Shown here: positions 13,101-28,100 of the stretch, one piece after another
Position numbering within the stretch: position 1 is the stretch's first letter
How the letters are laid out: each line of letters begins with the position of its first letter
Program-made: the position numbers and the translations under genes
Notes under the pieces: model-generated
The model's input: the letters and a program-made list of their open reading frames with translations, nothing else
The model's database searches: none
Told to the model about the DNA's origin: nothing
Source of the DNA: Oculina patagonica
Lineage: Eukaryota
Reading direction: 5' to 3'
NCBI RefSeq assembly: GCF_052425735.1
Contig: NC_135758.1
Span: forward strand, 12,648,001-12,712,000
DNA: 64,000 nucleotides

Positions 13101-16100
13101 TTCGCATCTCTTCAGCTCGTCAGCTTCCCAAAATAATTACTAACAATGAGAACGTGGAAGTGTTAAAGAACGAGGACGTGTCAGTGACCGTGGGAGGTAC
13201 AGTAACCACTCTGGATGGTAACAAAATAAGTATGCTATGTGAAGTCAGTGGAGTTCCAGCTCCTCAGATCACGTGGGACAGAGATGGAGTCGAGGTACAA
13301 ACAGGCGGCAAGTTCTACTCAATAGACAGTGCTGATCAGGGCGATAGCGGAAACTACACTTGTATTGCTAGTAACGCTGCTGGAGAAGTCAAAGCGACAT
13401 CACAACTTAAAGTGTTTGGTAAGCATTTAGTTTATCTTTCACGTAAAAACCATTAAAAGTCTACGTAAAATGTAATGCTTATCCTGATGCGGATATTCGC
13501 TGTTAGTTCGCGTGGGTAGGAATTTTAACAGGAAGTAGCTGACTAGCTCCCAGTCTTTTACAATGACGGCATTTTATTAGAGTTAACGTTCACCACGAAG
13601 GAAGTTTGACAAACCGGTGTGAAGAGTGCTCAAATATTGGTCCCTCTTGTCACGAGGTCAAACCAATTTTCTCGGTAACAATGCCAAAATTCACTTTAAG
13701 AGTTAGCTTTCGGGAACGATTTCTAACCACCTTTAAGCTATTAGGAAATTGAATTCGTTACCGGAGTTATACATAATACTAAAATTGACGTATTTTTGAT
13801 CATCTTTACATTGTAGCTGGTTCAGTTCCAAAAATCGACGCCTCCCATGAAAGTAAGATTCATCTGACGATTGACTTCTTCGCGATAACAATCGGAACCA
13901 ACCTGACCACACTGGCCAGCTCAGGATTGGAAATTAGTTGTCCTGTCACTGGATTCCCTAAACCTGCTATTCAGTGGTACCGAGAGGGTGTCCCTGTGGA
14001 GCCTGGCATGACGCTTAATGTGGATGAGGTCACAGGAACACTATTTACCTTGAGTATATCGCATCGCAAAGGAGGGACGTTTACGTGTAAAGCCAGTAAT
14101 GCATTGGGAACAGAAAGCGCGTCATCGTTTGTATCTGTACTTGGTAAGAATGGATTTTCAGTAGTTTTTGCTTATAGGTGTGCGTAGATATATAGAATAG
14201 TCAAATCGGGAATTCAAATGCTGCTACTTGGTGAAAACCTCCACTCATCTTATGTGGTCTGTTCAAAAACCACGTCAAGCTATTTTTTTAAGATCTTAAC
14301 AAAAATACATTGTAGTCAAAGAAAACTAAAACAAAACACAAATTGTACTATTTTTTACATTGCCATTGTTTTGACAGCACGCGTTTTCAATTTTGCGGTA
14401 GTTTCCCATCTCTTAGCAAAGCTACTACAAGGAAAGGCACTGCATAGTTTTCTTTTGAAGGAATATCCACGTAGTTATCGACCTCCAGTTGGTTTTGTAT
14501 TGCAACAACTGTCTTGTCCCTCTGAACGACGAAAATATTGCGGGTTATGATCTGCGTTCTAGCCTCGCTCAAGACCAAACTATCACAATCATTTTCTTCA
14601 AGCGTTGATCTGCCTCTAGCAATACTGTCGGTCAAAAGAAAATATAAACTGGAGGAGGGCACGAGGAAAGATCGTTCAAAGCTCTTAGTCGTGGTTCGTT
14701 TTGTTACTCTTAGCTTTAGAGGAGGCAGAGCGTTAACGGAGTTTTTGACCAATACACAGTAACTGCAGCTTAATATCTGCATATTTTTCAATCCTTTAGT
14801 TCCAGGAGCACCACAGATCAACGTATCCCGTGTGACTGTGCGGTCGCTGGATAGTCGGGAACCTGTCTCTATAAGAATTGGACAGGCGCTGTCTGTTCTT
14901 AGCGGAACAAAGGTATCCATTGAATGTCCTGTGAGTGGGGTACCAAAACCAGATGTCACCTGGAGTCGAGAAGATAACAACATGGCCACAGATGGGAGCG
15001 TGCTTGTCAGGGAATCAGTTTTAATCATCACAAACACGACTAGGGCAGATACTGGCGTGTATTTGTGCAAAGCTGTGAATTTTGCTGGGGAAGTTGCTGC
15101 CAGTTCCATGGTGAATGTAACAAGTAAGTCAGTGTGTTGTCCAAAGTATAAATTACATCCCCATTTGTTAAAGGGACACCGTCGCGGGCAAATACAACGT
15201 AGCTCTTCTCATACATGAAATGCACCTAGTACATCAAGATGTAGATATAAAGTAAATTCTTGTTGAAGAAAGAAAAAGAGGCATAATAATTTTTAGGTGT
15301 TTTTCCAGTCCACAAGGACAAAACGTGAAAAAGTCAGCCTGATTTTTTCAACTTGAGATCTAAATTTCCTGATGGCATCACAATAATATAACTTGTATAT
15401 CGCTTCAGTTCACTTGTATGGTTGTTTTTTAAGAAAATTGGACCACTATTCGTAGTTTCCATATGTCTTTAGGTTCTTGAGTTTTTGAAGTGAAACTGGT
15501 GACAGTATCCCTTCTCTGGGTCTTAGCTCATCACGTTTGTCAATAAGTTATTTTATTTATCGACTTCTAACTGTATTTATTACAAATGGAGCTGCCTCTT
15601 TGATATGATGAGGCAATTAACGTTTCCCTTGAAAAAATTAGTCTACCCCTTTTCCCTGGATCGGCACTGGTGATCAATTCTCGATTCATGATTCATGTTT
15701 TCAGAAACTTCCTCGCCAGTAATTTCTACAGCTGACCAGCCTCTACAGATTCTTGAAAGTGGTTCATTCACAGTAGATGTTGGGTCTAGTGTCACGACAG
15801 TCACCGGTAACGCGTTAACCATAAGATGTAACGCAACTGGTGTACCAACACCTCAAATCGCCTGGAGTAAAGACGGCAGTTTATTGGATGCTAAAGGACC
15901 TTTGTACGTTGTAAGCTCACTCACAACATCTGACTCTGGTCGGTACGAGTGCACTGCATCCAACATAGACGGAGCTGATAAACAAGACATACAAGTCAAC
16001 GTCTTAGGTAAATAATATCTTTTAAGCGCTTCGATAATGTAGGTAGCACAAAAAGGTTATACAGTCAACTCCCTTTATAACGGACACCTTCAGGATCACC

Positions 16101-19100
16101 ATTTGGTGTCTGTAATAGAGAAAGTCCGAAGTAGAGAGAGGTTTTTTCAGTAATTCTTTATTTGCCCGGACTTGAACTCCTGTCCGTAATAACGGGGTGT
16201 CCGTTATAGCGAGGTGTGCGCAAGGTTAGAGTTGACTGTGTTATAAAATTAATAACTGGAATTCATAATTATTCATTAAGGTCATTAGTTTTTAAAGAAG
16301 TGTGTATTCTTTCCGGTTAAAACAAGCTACAGGCATGATACAGCTGGAAGAAATGATAATAAATAAATTAGCTTTCATGTATTCGCATTAACTATGACAA
16401 CGGGGAAATGATGTTAAATAAAGCTAGGTCCCCACCCCCCCCCCCCCCCCACCTTTTAAAAAACAAGAAAGGAATGGGGAACGATTAGGGCAAATAAAGA
16501 TTGATTTGATTTAAAAATATCTCAAAAATTACCCGCAACAGAGAGCTGCAAGTTTCTTTTAAAATATATTTAGAAAGCGTAACCAATCGACTTGTCCCTC
16601 AGCGAACTAATAGATAAGAAAGCGTTATGCTGATGTTAGATTGAAATAAGGATGTTTGTTAACAAGCTCACTTTGTGCTCAATGTGTGCTAGTCTATTCT
16701 TGGCGTACGAACAACGTTTCCAATATAAAACAATTCTTCCCTATTTTTTTTTCTAGATGGGAGCGCACCTACAATCACAAGTCCAGAGGAAAACATTGTA
16801 GCCGTTAGTGGAGAAAAGGAAGTCAAGATAGTGATTGGAGGAAACATAACTACTGTCATTGGAACTAGTGTGGAAATCATCTGTCCAGTCACAGCTCTTC
16901 CCAATGCAACAATCACGTGGTTGTTTAACGGCTCAACAGACGAAGAGGGAAATCGTCGGTCAATTGACTTGAAGAATTCAGCATTCACCATTAGTGCTGT
17001 CACACCAGAGGACATTGGGTTTTACACCTGTTTCGCCAACAATTCACTTGGGGAGGACACAAAAACTACATTTTTGTCTCTTATAGGTAAGCGTTTTACC
17101 GTGCGCGAGAGTTTAAATATATCTGCCCGTTAAACATTGTCTTTCAGCAGAACTAAATTATAGACTTGCCTTAAAAGTGATAGCAACAGAAGCTCGTCTG
17201 ATACATGGCTAAATTGCTTCGCACGGCAGAACAATTTTGTGGGTTTATGCCCTCAATTTAAATTTTATTATTGAAGGAGATGAGAAAAAAATTAAAAGTG
17301 TGTTACAGTGTCCACAATATTTTCTCAAAGTCGTTTACTTGCTTACCTTTTTTGAACTTCTTTGTGTTTCCAGCAAAGTCCAAACGGATAGAATTCATCA
17401 GCCGCTCGATACTCTGCATCGAAAATTTAAATGTCTCGTTCAGACTATTTGGGTGTAACAACAAATAAGCAACAAATAAGTACAGCGGAATGTCTAGTCA
17501 GCTTAACATGCTAGAAACAACGAACAATGGTTTGGATCCCTCTGAATATTCTTGTTGTAGAATGTGTTTCGCAAAATTGTCCAGGCAGCTATGATTAAGA
17601 TTGAGCCATTCCAATGAATACCTCTCTTGGTCTATTTATCCACTGACTAAGAGATTTGTTATCGTTTTTTTAGTTCCAGTTGAGCCGAAGATCTTGTCTT
17701 CAAACAAAAAAGTCAAGGACTTTAAATCAGCGAGACACGAGCTCGTCATTGGCGACAATCTGGAGACACTTGAGGGCTCTATAGTGTACATCCGCTGCCC
17801 AGTTACAGGCAACCCTGCTCCCAAAATAGAATGGAAGAAAGCTGATGGTTTGATTTCCACGAGAAGCAGCTTGCAGTTCATGAACAACACGCTTGTACTG
17901 TTCGATAGTACATCGTCAGATACCGGAAGCTACTCCTGCGTCGCTACTAACGGAGCAGGATCCGATGAGAAGTCAACTTACCTTAAGTTCATGGGTAAGC
18001 AATCATGGCTAGAGTTAGGAAACCGGATATAGTCAAAACTGTACAGCGTGCAGAAAAGCTTCCCTCAGTTTATAGTAGGTCAACTTGGTGTACTCTAAAC
18101 AAGAGAAAGGAGATTCAACAGGAACGCTTTGTTGCAACGTTTCTTGTAAATTTTTACGTCATATATCAAACACGAGCGACAGTGTGTCATCGGGATATCC
18201 CAACACCGAGAAAAGAGTGGAAAATATGACGCGCAGCAGAGTTTTTTGGACAAAATTCTAGGTGTTTGGATAAGCCGATAAAACACTGTCTCGAGTGTTA
18301 TCTTCTCAAAACAAAAACCAACGGAGTAAATGGAGAAATAAAGTCGTAAAAATCTATGCTTATTGAGACCGGGTATCCAAACCTCTTTCGCGGTTATGAT
18401 GTTTCTTTGTTTTAACTTGATGAATTGTTAATGAGTTTGAGAATTAACTTTGAGCGTTTACAGGTTTCTCTATATTGTAATCCATTTCCATCCTCGCCAT
18501 CGTTAGTCATCCTTACTTCCTAATGAGTTTCTGTCGTTCCCCAAAATCAAAGCATTATTTCCGGGTTTCTAACGCTCCAGCTTTGTTTTGAGCTTCTCGA
18601 AACCATGCCCAAATAAGAATATATTGCCCCATTAACATGACATTGGAAATGATGTTTTCCACTTTGTAATCAGAGTAAGATAAAGTTACATATCGGGGAA
18701 GTGTTCTGGATGAAAAAAAGTTGTTTTGATGAACCGTGTCATTAATTCTGTCATATGACCATGTAATCTGTTTTTGGAAAGTTAAAATGTATGATACTGA
18801 CTTGAAAGTTTTAGAGATTTGACCTTTTCAGCTGCAGAGTCTTCTTTTTGTATACAAATATTTTGATTTTTTCGCCTTTTTTCACTGTTTTCTGTGAATA
18901 GCACCAGAGAAGCCATCGATCATGGGCGACGCAATCGATGTCGAGTCGTTTGATGGACAACCAATCACAATAGCTGTCGGTGGTACGCTGAAAGTACTAA
19001 TGAAAACCACCGTGAACATCCGCTGTGTAGCATCAGGGATACCTGAGCCTTCAGTTTTTTGGAACAGCAGCAGTAATGACATGCAACCAGCCAACAAATT

Positions 19101-22100
19101 TGACGTGAACCAGGAAGGGCGTTTGTTGACAATTCATGACGTTGACACCAGGGACTCTGGGAAGTACATGTGTAGTGCAGTGAACAAGGCTGGCGAGGAC
19201 ACGAGTGCTGCTGTGTTAGAAGTCGTTGGTAAGAGTTAAAATGTATTGGAATTTGGTTTATTCATTTTTGGGGGGCTAAATGAAATTTAGGCGCGGTTAA
19301 ACTAGAGACAATGCTGGCATTTTGTTCGCGTTGTCGTTCGCGTGCCGTTCTTGCAAACGCTCTTCGCTTCCGTCCCTCCCTTCCCTCTAGTAAAGTTTTG
19401 GTAAGTATTAAAAAAATGCCGAGTTCCTCAGTATGACTGTGTCTGGTGGTTGCCGCGGTTACCGTCCGCGCTCGCTAGTGGCTCCCACAAAGATTTCAGG
19501 CACCTTCTCCATTTTTTTTTTTTTATTAATGAAATCTTTATTACACGCAACACTACTACAGAGAAATACATATTTACAACGGGCTATTTACAAGAGACAT
19601 ACTTTTTACATGAACATTTTCAAAAGGAAAGAAAAAAATTGTTAATTACAAGGATAACTAATTATGACTACCTCTAAAATATACTGAATTCTTACTCACA
19701 ATACAACGCTAAAGTACAATACATTACGCTAATTACATTAATACAACGAGACACATTTTAAATAATGACTTACTAACTTTAAAACATAGATTATTTGTAT
19801 ACGGTTCCTTTCTTATTCTACATATACGTCCCTAATAGCTCGCAATACAAAACACTATTCACACTACGTTACTTACTTACTTACTTTTTACAGAAGACAA
19901 TAAATTAAAATGTTACAATAAAAAAAAAGAGAGTGAAATGCTACCGATGATGTGATAAATATTTAAAAGAAATCTTTTCACTTAAAATTAAAATGAGAGA
20001 GTTTATTTGCACGTAAGGCGATGTACTTTTCGAGATTTATTTTTTCTCGAACGTAGCCGACAAAATCCGCAAATTGATATTTTTTGTCATTTTTAGCGCA
20101 GATAAACAGGAAACACTTGCCAATGAGTATAAGGTGGTTGATGGTTTGAAGCGAAGATGAGCCTTTTAAGACGCCATATATTATTTCATTTTCTGTCAAA
20201 GCTGTCACGCTATGCTCTTTGCATTGTAAGCGGTACCACTCGGTAAATTCGTTCCAGAACGATAACGCCAATGAACAGTGCACAAATAAATGAGAGATAG
20301 ATTGCTCTGTATCAGGCCAAAATGGACAAGTAGGTGAATCGATAATTTGCATTTTGTAGAGAAGGCTGTTGGTGTTAAGAATATTATGTATTAATTTGAA
20401 CTGAAACACGGATAATTTAACTTCTTTTGTTACAGCAAAGGGAAGTGAGTATATTTTGCGACGTTGCGATGGATCAAAACCACACTTGATGAGTCTTTTT
20501 TCTGCCGTAGGTGGAGGTAGATGTTTTCCATTAATCAACAGATGATATATGACTTTACACGTTAGGTTTTCTATAGTTGGCGTCGAGGAGGAGAGGTTTT
20601 CGATTTGTGGCTGTTTTAAAAGCTCTTTCCAAGCACTTGGTATTGCAGATAAAAGCCCGTAGTATTGTAGAAAGTTGCAGTTTATATGGAATTTTTGTTG
20701 GAAGGACTGAAAAGAGATAAAGCGTCTTTTTTGTTCATCTACGAGACTGGATACGTTTTTAATGCCGCCGATGTGCCAGTTCTCCATACTAATGGCGATG
20801 AGTTTAAGTAAGGGAAGGAAAGACCTTATCAAGGAATGTTTTGTCATGCCGATAAAAATTTCAGTAGCTTAGTTCCTTGGTAAATAATTTACCGAACACG
20901 CAAAGGTATCTGTCATATTGGTACTACGTATCTATGTCTAAGTAATTGCCAACGAGACAGCCGAGCCAAGAGGCGAGGCTGTCGAGGCGGCAGAATCATA
21001 GAGCCGTGTGCGTATGATTGTATAGGCAGAGAAAATCTTAAGTTCTGCGTAAGGGACTTTTTTTGACCATATTTGGGTGTAAGTAAACCCCATATTTGGG
21101 TTGTATTGTTATTCCCAACTGGTTCCCAGTCTCTCACTCCTTGCTAGAGAGCAAATGACCAAAGTGGCGTCCACGCGGCTCGCTGTTAAAATTTTCAATG
21201 TGGTCATTCATCCCTTTACCGATAAATACATCTTAGGGAATTATAAATCGAAAGAGAATACCCTACAGAATATTCGACCGCCGAAAAAATGAACATCAAG
21301 GTCTTCAAAGCGATGAAATGATCTTTCGACTTTGGAGTCCTTTGATTTACGATCGAAGAGAGACATGAAAATCAAAAGCGGACTGCTTACTTCAAATATA
21401 GTTTTCTTGACTTATGAGAATGCTGAAGTCGGGTAAATGCTTCCTTTTAGTGTTGATTGTGTTTATAGCAATTGTTTGACCGATGATTTATTCCAAATCA
21501 AATACCGTTTATATTTTATTTGGCACGCATTTTCGCTCCGCGTAAGAATAACATCAATACAAAGCGACGCTCACTAAAATTACTGCATGTCATACACACA
21601 AGAAAGTCAAAAGTTTTTTGCTTCTAACGGCAAATGTAATGTTAACTTGAATAAAAATTTTGTCTCCAAATAATCCTTGACCGTTCAAGTTTTGTTTTCT
21701 GTTCAAATTTTTCAAGTTTTGCGTAACTGAACATGACACTTCGCATGCGAGACTGAAATCTGACCCGTGCATTACTGTCTCTGATTACTGAAAATTATTT
21801 TTAAAAAACTGAGCATCTTAGCAGTTTTGATTTTGGGATTTGATTTATAAGAAGTTCTTGAAATGCAACTATCCCTTTTGTGGACGGAAACATTTTAACC
21901 ATCGCGTGTTGTATTTAAAAAACAGTGATTAAACCTCATTTATTGCCTACATTTTGTGACATTTTAACGTTGAAAAGAATTTAAAGATTTGTCAAGAGTT
22001 ATCAATCTGTCAAACCCGTAGCCTGCGTAGCAGACATCTGTGTACGTTTTTTAGTGTGTTTAAAAGAGTGCGCGATCGCGAGAATACGCGCGCTGGAAAC

Positions 22101-25100
22101 TACGGCGCCTGCTACGCAGGCTATCAAACCTGTGTCATTTATGAACACCAGAGAAATAGCACTTTTTTCGCATATTACCTAAAATACAATTTACCATATT
22201 TTGGTCATTTCAAATATAGTTCTATCAAAAACCATTCAATATCTGTTCCTATGAACAAACATGAGTATTTCGCTCGTTGGCACTTACCGATAGGTACAAC
22301 TAGTATATACGGATTGAATGGTCATGTTGCAACGGATTTATAAGCGCAAGTTGAAGGCTTAGGGAGTTCCTAAATCTGATACACAACATGGTTATTTATT
22401 CTTTATCTGACTTACCAAACGTCAAGCTGCAGAGAGCTATTTTTTCAGTTAAATGATGCAAGTTATTTAGGCGAAAAGCATCGAAGTACGAGTTTATGAC
22501 CGTAAAATGGGACGTTTGATTACTAGCGATCAGGCATATTGTTACAGGTTGTGGCAATAATGGAACATAAAACTAGGCCTTTGGTTTTGTAGCTGTTAAA
22601 TCAAGAACAGTTTATTTACAGGAAGTACTGTTTGAAACGTTTCCTAAAAGTATTTCTGGTTCCCTTTCAGAGCCCAATCTTCCAAAAATAGAATCATCGG
22701 ACGCTACTGTTTCTTGGTATAACAGAGAGCCAAGAGTACTTCCGGTTGGAGGCTCTGTGGAGGTACTGTCGGGAACGGAAGTGACGTTGACTTGCAAGTA
22801 TTCGGCTTTCCCTGAGCCTGACGTCAAGTGGACTGTTCTGGACGAAGAAGGTGATCCACTACCAGACGCCGGATATGAGGTCATTAACGGTTCACTTGTA
22901 CTGAGGGCTTTACAGCCCTCAGATTCAGCTCAGTATGTCTGCTCCGTGAAAAACGTGGCAGGAACAGCCTCGGCATCAACAGTACTTAAAGTTGTTGGTA
23001 AGTATTTCAGTTTTCTTTACTTTTCAAGCAATGGCCGATTCCCTCTATGGCGCGCGCGTACAGGGAATCACGGTAGTTGTATTATCGTTGTAGTTCATGG
23101 TTTGATGAATACAACTACCATGACTCCCTGCAGGCGCGCGCCATAGAGGGAATCGGGCGTTCTTTTTTCATCTCTAAGTCTTGTATTTTTCTTTCTTTGA
23201 AAACAGGATAGCAAATGTGAAAACTCTTGCATGCGACTCCAATATAACAAAAAATGGCTATTTACATTATATGCGAAGCTTGCTGTATGCATGAGAAAAA
23301 CCAGGCTTTGTTATACCTTCCTTAATAACCGGCTTTAATTTAACTGTTCTAGGGACAACTGAGAAAATTAATGCATTTTGTTACTGGAGAGAGAAGCTAG
23401 ACTTTACTCTGTGGGCACAACCTAAGGTCGTGAAATTACAAGACAGTCCGAAAGGCATTCCGATGCATTGCAATAATATCTCTTTAATTTCAGTCGTTTC
23501 AGTTGCCTGTTTCCATCACAAGTTAACGATATAGTGTTTTCGTTTACCAGTCGGTTATTTTGTGTAATATGAAAGCTATAGACTACTGTTTATGACCGCG
23601 GACCATCGATTTAAGAACGACACATAATGGTCTTGCAGTCTGCACTGATTTTACGCTTCTTAAGTTACTACGTTACCGTTAAACAAAGTAAGTAAATGTT
23701 TAACATTATTTTCCCTGTTTTAAAAGATCCACAGCCGCCATCGATCAGGTCTTCACAAGAAAGCATAGTTTCTTTATCGGATCGTTCTCCTGTGGAAGCT
23801 ACAGCCGGAAGTGTCGTCACTGTTCTCTCTGGCACGCGTATTACAGTCACATGTTCTGCTTACGGGACGCCTACTCCGTCCGTGGCCTGGAGCAGAGGGG
23901 AGGAGTTGATTCATACGTCATCGGCAGACAATATGACGTCTGCCCGGACTGGTATCTTAAGAATTGAAAATGCTTCTACGGACGACACGGGAGATTATCT
24001 CTGTACCGCTATGAGTGAAGTTGGTGCTGATCAGGAGTCAACGAAAATTACAGTCATTGGTCAGTCTCTTGCCATTAATTATTAGCTAGACAGTTTAAGT
24101 CTTGTTTGCATTTAGTAGTTTTGCAGTCAAACCCCGCTATAAATCAGAAAGTAGCGAACCTGCAGCGACTATCTACCAACGATAAGTGTCTGTTTCTTGC
24201 ATTTAATGATAAAGGAATGACGTGTGGAGTGTAAATTCCGAGTTCACAGATGAGATCTGAACCCACGACCTTCCGTTAGTCGGTCATTTTTGGGCTGTGC
24301 ATTGCATTGTTCAGAGAAAATGACGGAACTACTGCAGGCTCATCCATGTAATATGTGTGTCCGCCTTAGAGATGTACTGTACTATAAGTATTATTTGCAG
24401 GGGTATAAAATAAAATTATATATAAATTTAAGTTTGTTTTACCACAGAGAAGGCATTTTTTTGCATCCAGTATGGAAAATTACAAGAAGTCGGAAATAGG
24501 GACTAGAGCAGTTTTTTTAAGGAACGTAGCCATGCTATATAGCATTGAATTCTGAGGTAAAGCGTTTTGTTAAAACGTTTCGGTGGAAGATTTACTGACC
24601 AGTACGGAGTACCTTCCATCTCAAAGAAAATGGAAAATAAGCTTGTGTCAAGTGAATACAAGTTTGTGTTTGATCCAATAACAAACTGTCACGAAAAGTT
24701 CAGATTACAGAGCGCTACCCTCAAAGTACAGTTATTCCAACGATTGTGAACATGCAGTTGTAGGAAAGCCAAGCGCCCATCTCTACGTGTCTTTTTAGAG
24801 AAAATGTAATGTAGATATTTATTTGCAGAACCTAGCAAACCGATTATTCAGCAACCGGAAGTGGACAAGATTTCTCTTACCAACGATACTTCAGTGGAGA
24901 TCTTAGCAGGAAGTGACGTTACAGTGCTAACACAGACCCGTTTTAATATCACCTGTGAGGTCAGCGGTGTACCAAAACCGAAAATCACGTGGCTAAAAGA
25001 TGGCAAGCGAGTGGGGTCTGAGGAAGAGAGTTCTTTGGTACTGACCATTAGGGACGTGAAGGATGCTGGTCAGGTCACTTGTCATGCCGGGAATTTGGCG

Positions 25101-28100
25101 GGAAATGCAACAATAAGCTCAAATATTGACGTCATTGGTAAGAAATCATTAATAGGATAAAGAAGCAAACAGCCTCTGAAATAAACTAAGTGTAAAACCT
25201 TCCAGCCCTGTAGACTGGTAAATTGACGAAGAGCCCTGTTTTAGGACAGGGTACTTTACTCTTACTACGCTTCTCTTTAACAAGTATATTAAAGGGGCTA
25301 GGTATTTTAGGTAATTATTTTAATTTTCATTAAAAAAGAGAGGTAAACTTCAAATAGGCAAAGCAAAAGTCATTTATAATTGGCAAAATCACGGCCACAC
25401 AACAAACAAGGGTGATTTTTGAGCATTGCAAATTACACTTTCATACAAATTCTCGATAAACCCCTCTTTTTCCCTTTCTGTGCTTCTTATATGAACCGCT
25501 AAAATTCCACGAGAGTTTAAAGCTGTAATTGTGATATTTCAGTTAATTCGTATGACCAGTTGTGTTAGTCGACCAAAATTGACGGTAAAATTGCGTGACA
25601 TAGCCCCTTTAATAAACACCTAAATTCAGTCCTAGTGTTTAGGCTCTTTTTAACCCATAAGCTGACTGTTGTTTGTGAGCTTGTTTATTTGGTTTTCTAA
25701 GATAATAAAGACCAATCTGGCACGTTTTGGTTGTGTTTCAGAACCAGTCATTCCTCGTATCAAATCGGACACTGGTACAATCAATGCACTGAGCAAGCGA
25801 CAAGCTGTTTCAGCTTCTGTTGGTGTGACTGTGCAGACGTTCACAGCTACCACACTGACTCTGAAATGTCAAACGGAAGGATCTCCCAAGCCGACTGTAT
25901 CCTGGAGCAAGAACGGTCAGCCACTTGAATCTAAGGATAGAGTGTCTATATCTGATGAAGGGACTTTGACCATAAAAAACACTCGGACACAAGACACAGG
26001 ACGCTACAGGTGTTCAGCCAAGAATGCAATCGGAGAGACGTCTGAGGCCTCGTCTGTATACGTTCGCGGTAATTATTACTGTCATGTTTGCAGTAATTAT
26101 AAGTGATAATTACCGGTAATAATTACGGATAACGTTTAGAGTAAGCGTGATTGATCCCGCTTTATTTTGATTGGAGTGTAAGTTACCTTTTGAAACTCCT
26201 TCTCGTTGAGGAAAATTTTTGAGAATGTACGTGTATTTAAGGTATGCCTTGCTATGGTGTTAAACATATTTTTCAGTGTTACAATTTTAAATCTTTGTGT
26301 TCTTCTCTTGTTCACAAAATCTTTTGAGCTTGGATAAACCGTATTGTGGCTCTATACGAGGTATTTTGGGGTAAATTATAGCGATTGTTGCATTGTTTAG
26401 TTAAGTTTAGCTTTGTCGACTGCCTGTCAAAAGTCGACTATCGCTTTCAGAAGGTGGACAATTATTCTGTATGCCAAGAAGACAACAAGAAAACTCTCTG
26501 TTCGAGCCGCAATTCCGAATAAAAGTAGTCGACATTTTATTGTTTGATCTCGATAAAGTGTACTCAAGGACATGTCAAGAGGACAATTGTTTGTAACTTG
26601 TAAAAAAATAATCGTCAAAAGACTTGGGGATATTTATTTTGGGATCAATTCCGTCAGATCGGAGTACAAGTACGACTTCTTTTTAACCAAGTGCTTAAGC
26701 TTTTGATTATCACATTTCACACCAATATGGTACCAATAAGCTCCTTTTCAATGATGAAAGAACGGTAGTCTCCAAACGTCTGCGGATAAGCTGTTCACAA
26801 TTAAATTATTGCGCTTAGAAACAAACCTTTAATTTTCTCACACCCCTATGAGATCATCCGCTATTAAGGCGCAACACAGTTTTCAACAATATTTTGACAA
26901 TATTGCGATCTTGTTATGGCTCCTTTTTAACCGCTCTGCAACGTGGAGGAGTAAGGGCTCTGGGAACGTAATTAGACTAAAATTCGAAAGTCGTACTCGT
27001 ACTTCGATCTGAAGGTCCCTATTGTCTTGAACCAAACCCTCAAGACTAGCATTCAATGTCAGGGAGGAGAACTAACTGGGAATAACTGGTATAACAGACC
27101 TCACTTTCTTTCGCTTGCAGCACCTATGTCTCCAAAAATACGAAAATCCAAGTCGTACATTATCTGGTACGAGAGGCAGCCGTTCAAAGGAAAAGTTGGC
27201 GACAACTTGACAACGTTGAAAGGCAGGAAATTGACGCTGACCTGTCCTGCAGTGGGCTTGCCGAAACCAGCAATCTCATGGTACAGGAGTGGTATGAGGA
27301 TGAAAAGCAGTAAAAACTACCTTTTGATTGGTCAGACACTGATCATGTATAATTTGGATCCAATGGACACTGATCGGTACACATGCGTGGCAAGAAACTT
27401 CGCCGGCGTCAAGACCGCCACCACTACCTTAAAAGTTCACGGTATGGGGTTTTTTTTTACAGTGTTTATTAACAAAATAAATAAATAAATAATTTTACAT
27501 TATTTTGTGTTTATTATTTTCCTCTTTGTCTCTATCGGAAAGTATATTCAATCGAATCTCGATAATAAAGTCTCCTATAGAGTCGTTTCCAAAGGCCCTA
27601 AGTGCCAAGAGGCACAAGAAGGACAAGTGAAGGCAAAGGTGATAGAATCGTTTTACATGACTTCATACTAGTGTTTTCCCCGTTAGGATATTACGAGTTC
27701 TAATTTATTCAAAAAGCTCTATCGGTTGTTCAAAAGGAAGATAACGTTTTTGCACTCCGATAAATCACTATGCTGAGGAAAGGCGTTTTCCAAACAAACG
27801 TTATCTTTTGTTTAGCGATAAAATAAACTGTTGTTGCTGCTGCTGTTAGCCGGTGAATAGGGTTTTTCCCCTTTGAACAACCGGGCCCTGAGTTTTAGAC
27901 GGCAAATCTTGTTCAACAGAACAGCCTTGCTTAGGCCGCAATTTGTTATAGGATGTCGATCTCTCACTTTGTGGGACCCTTTTCACGCGCCATCCTGTTT
28001 CCAACAATCAAGATATGTCCTGTTAAAACAATGTTAATCTTTAGCGATACTACAATAAATATGGTCCCACGTCACGTTGCTGCCTGCTCTGCCAGCTATT

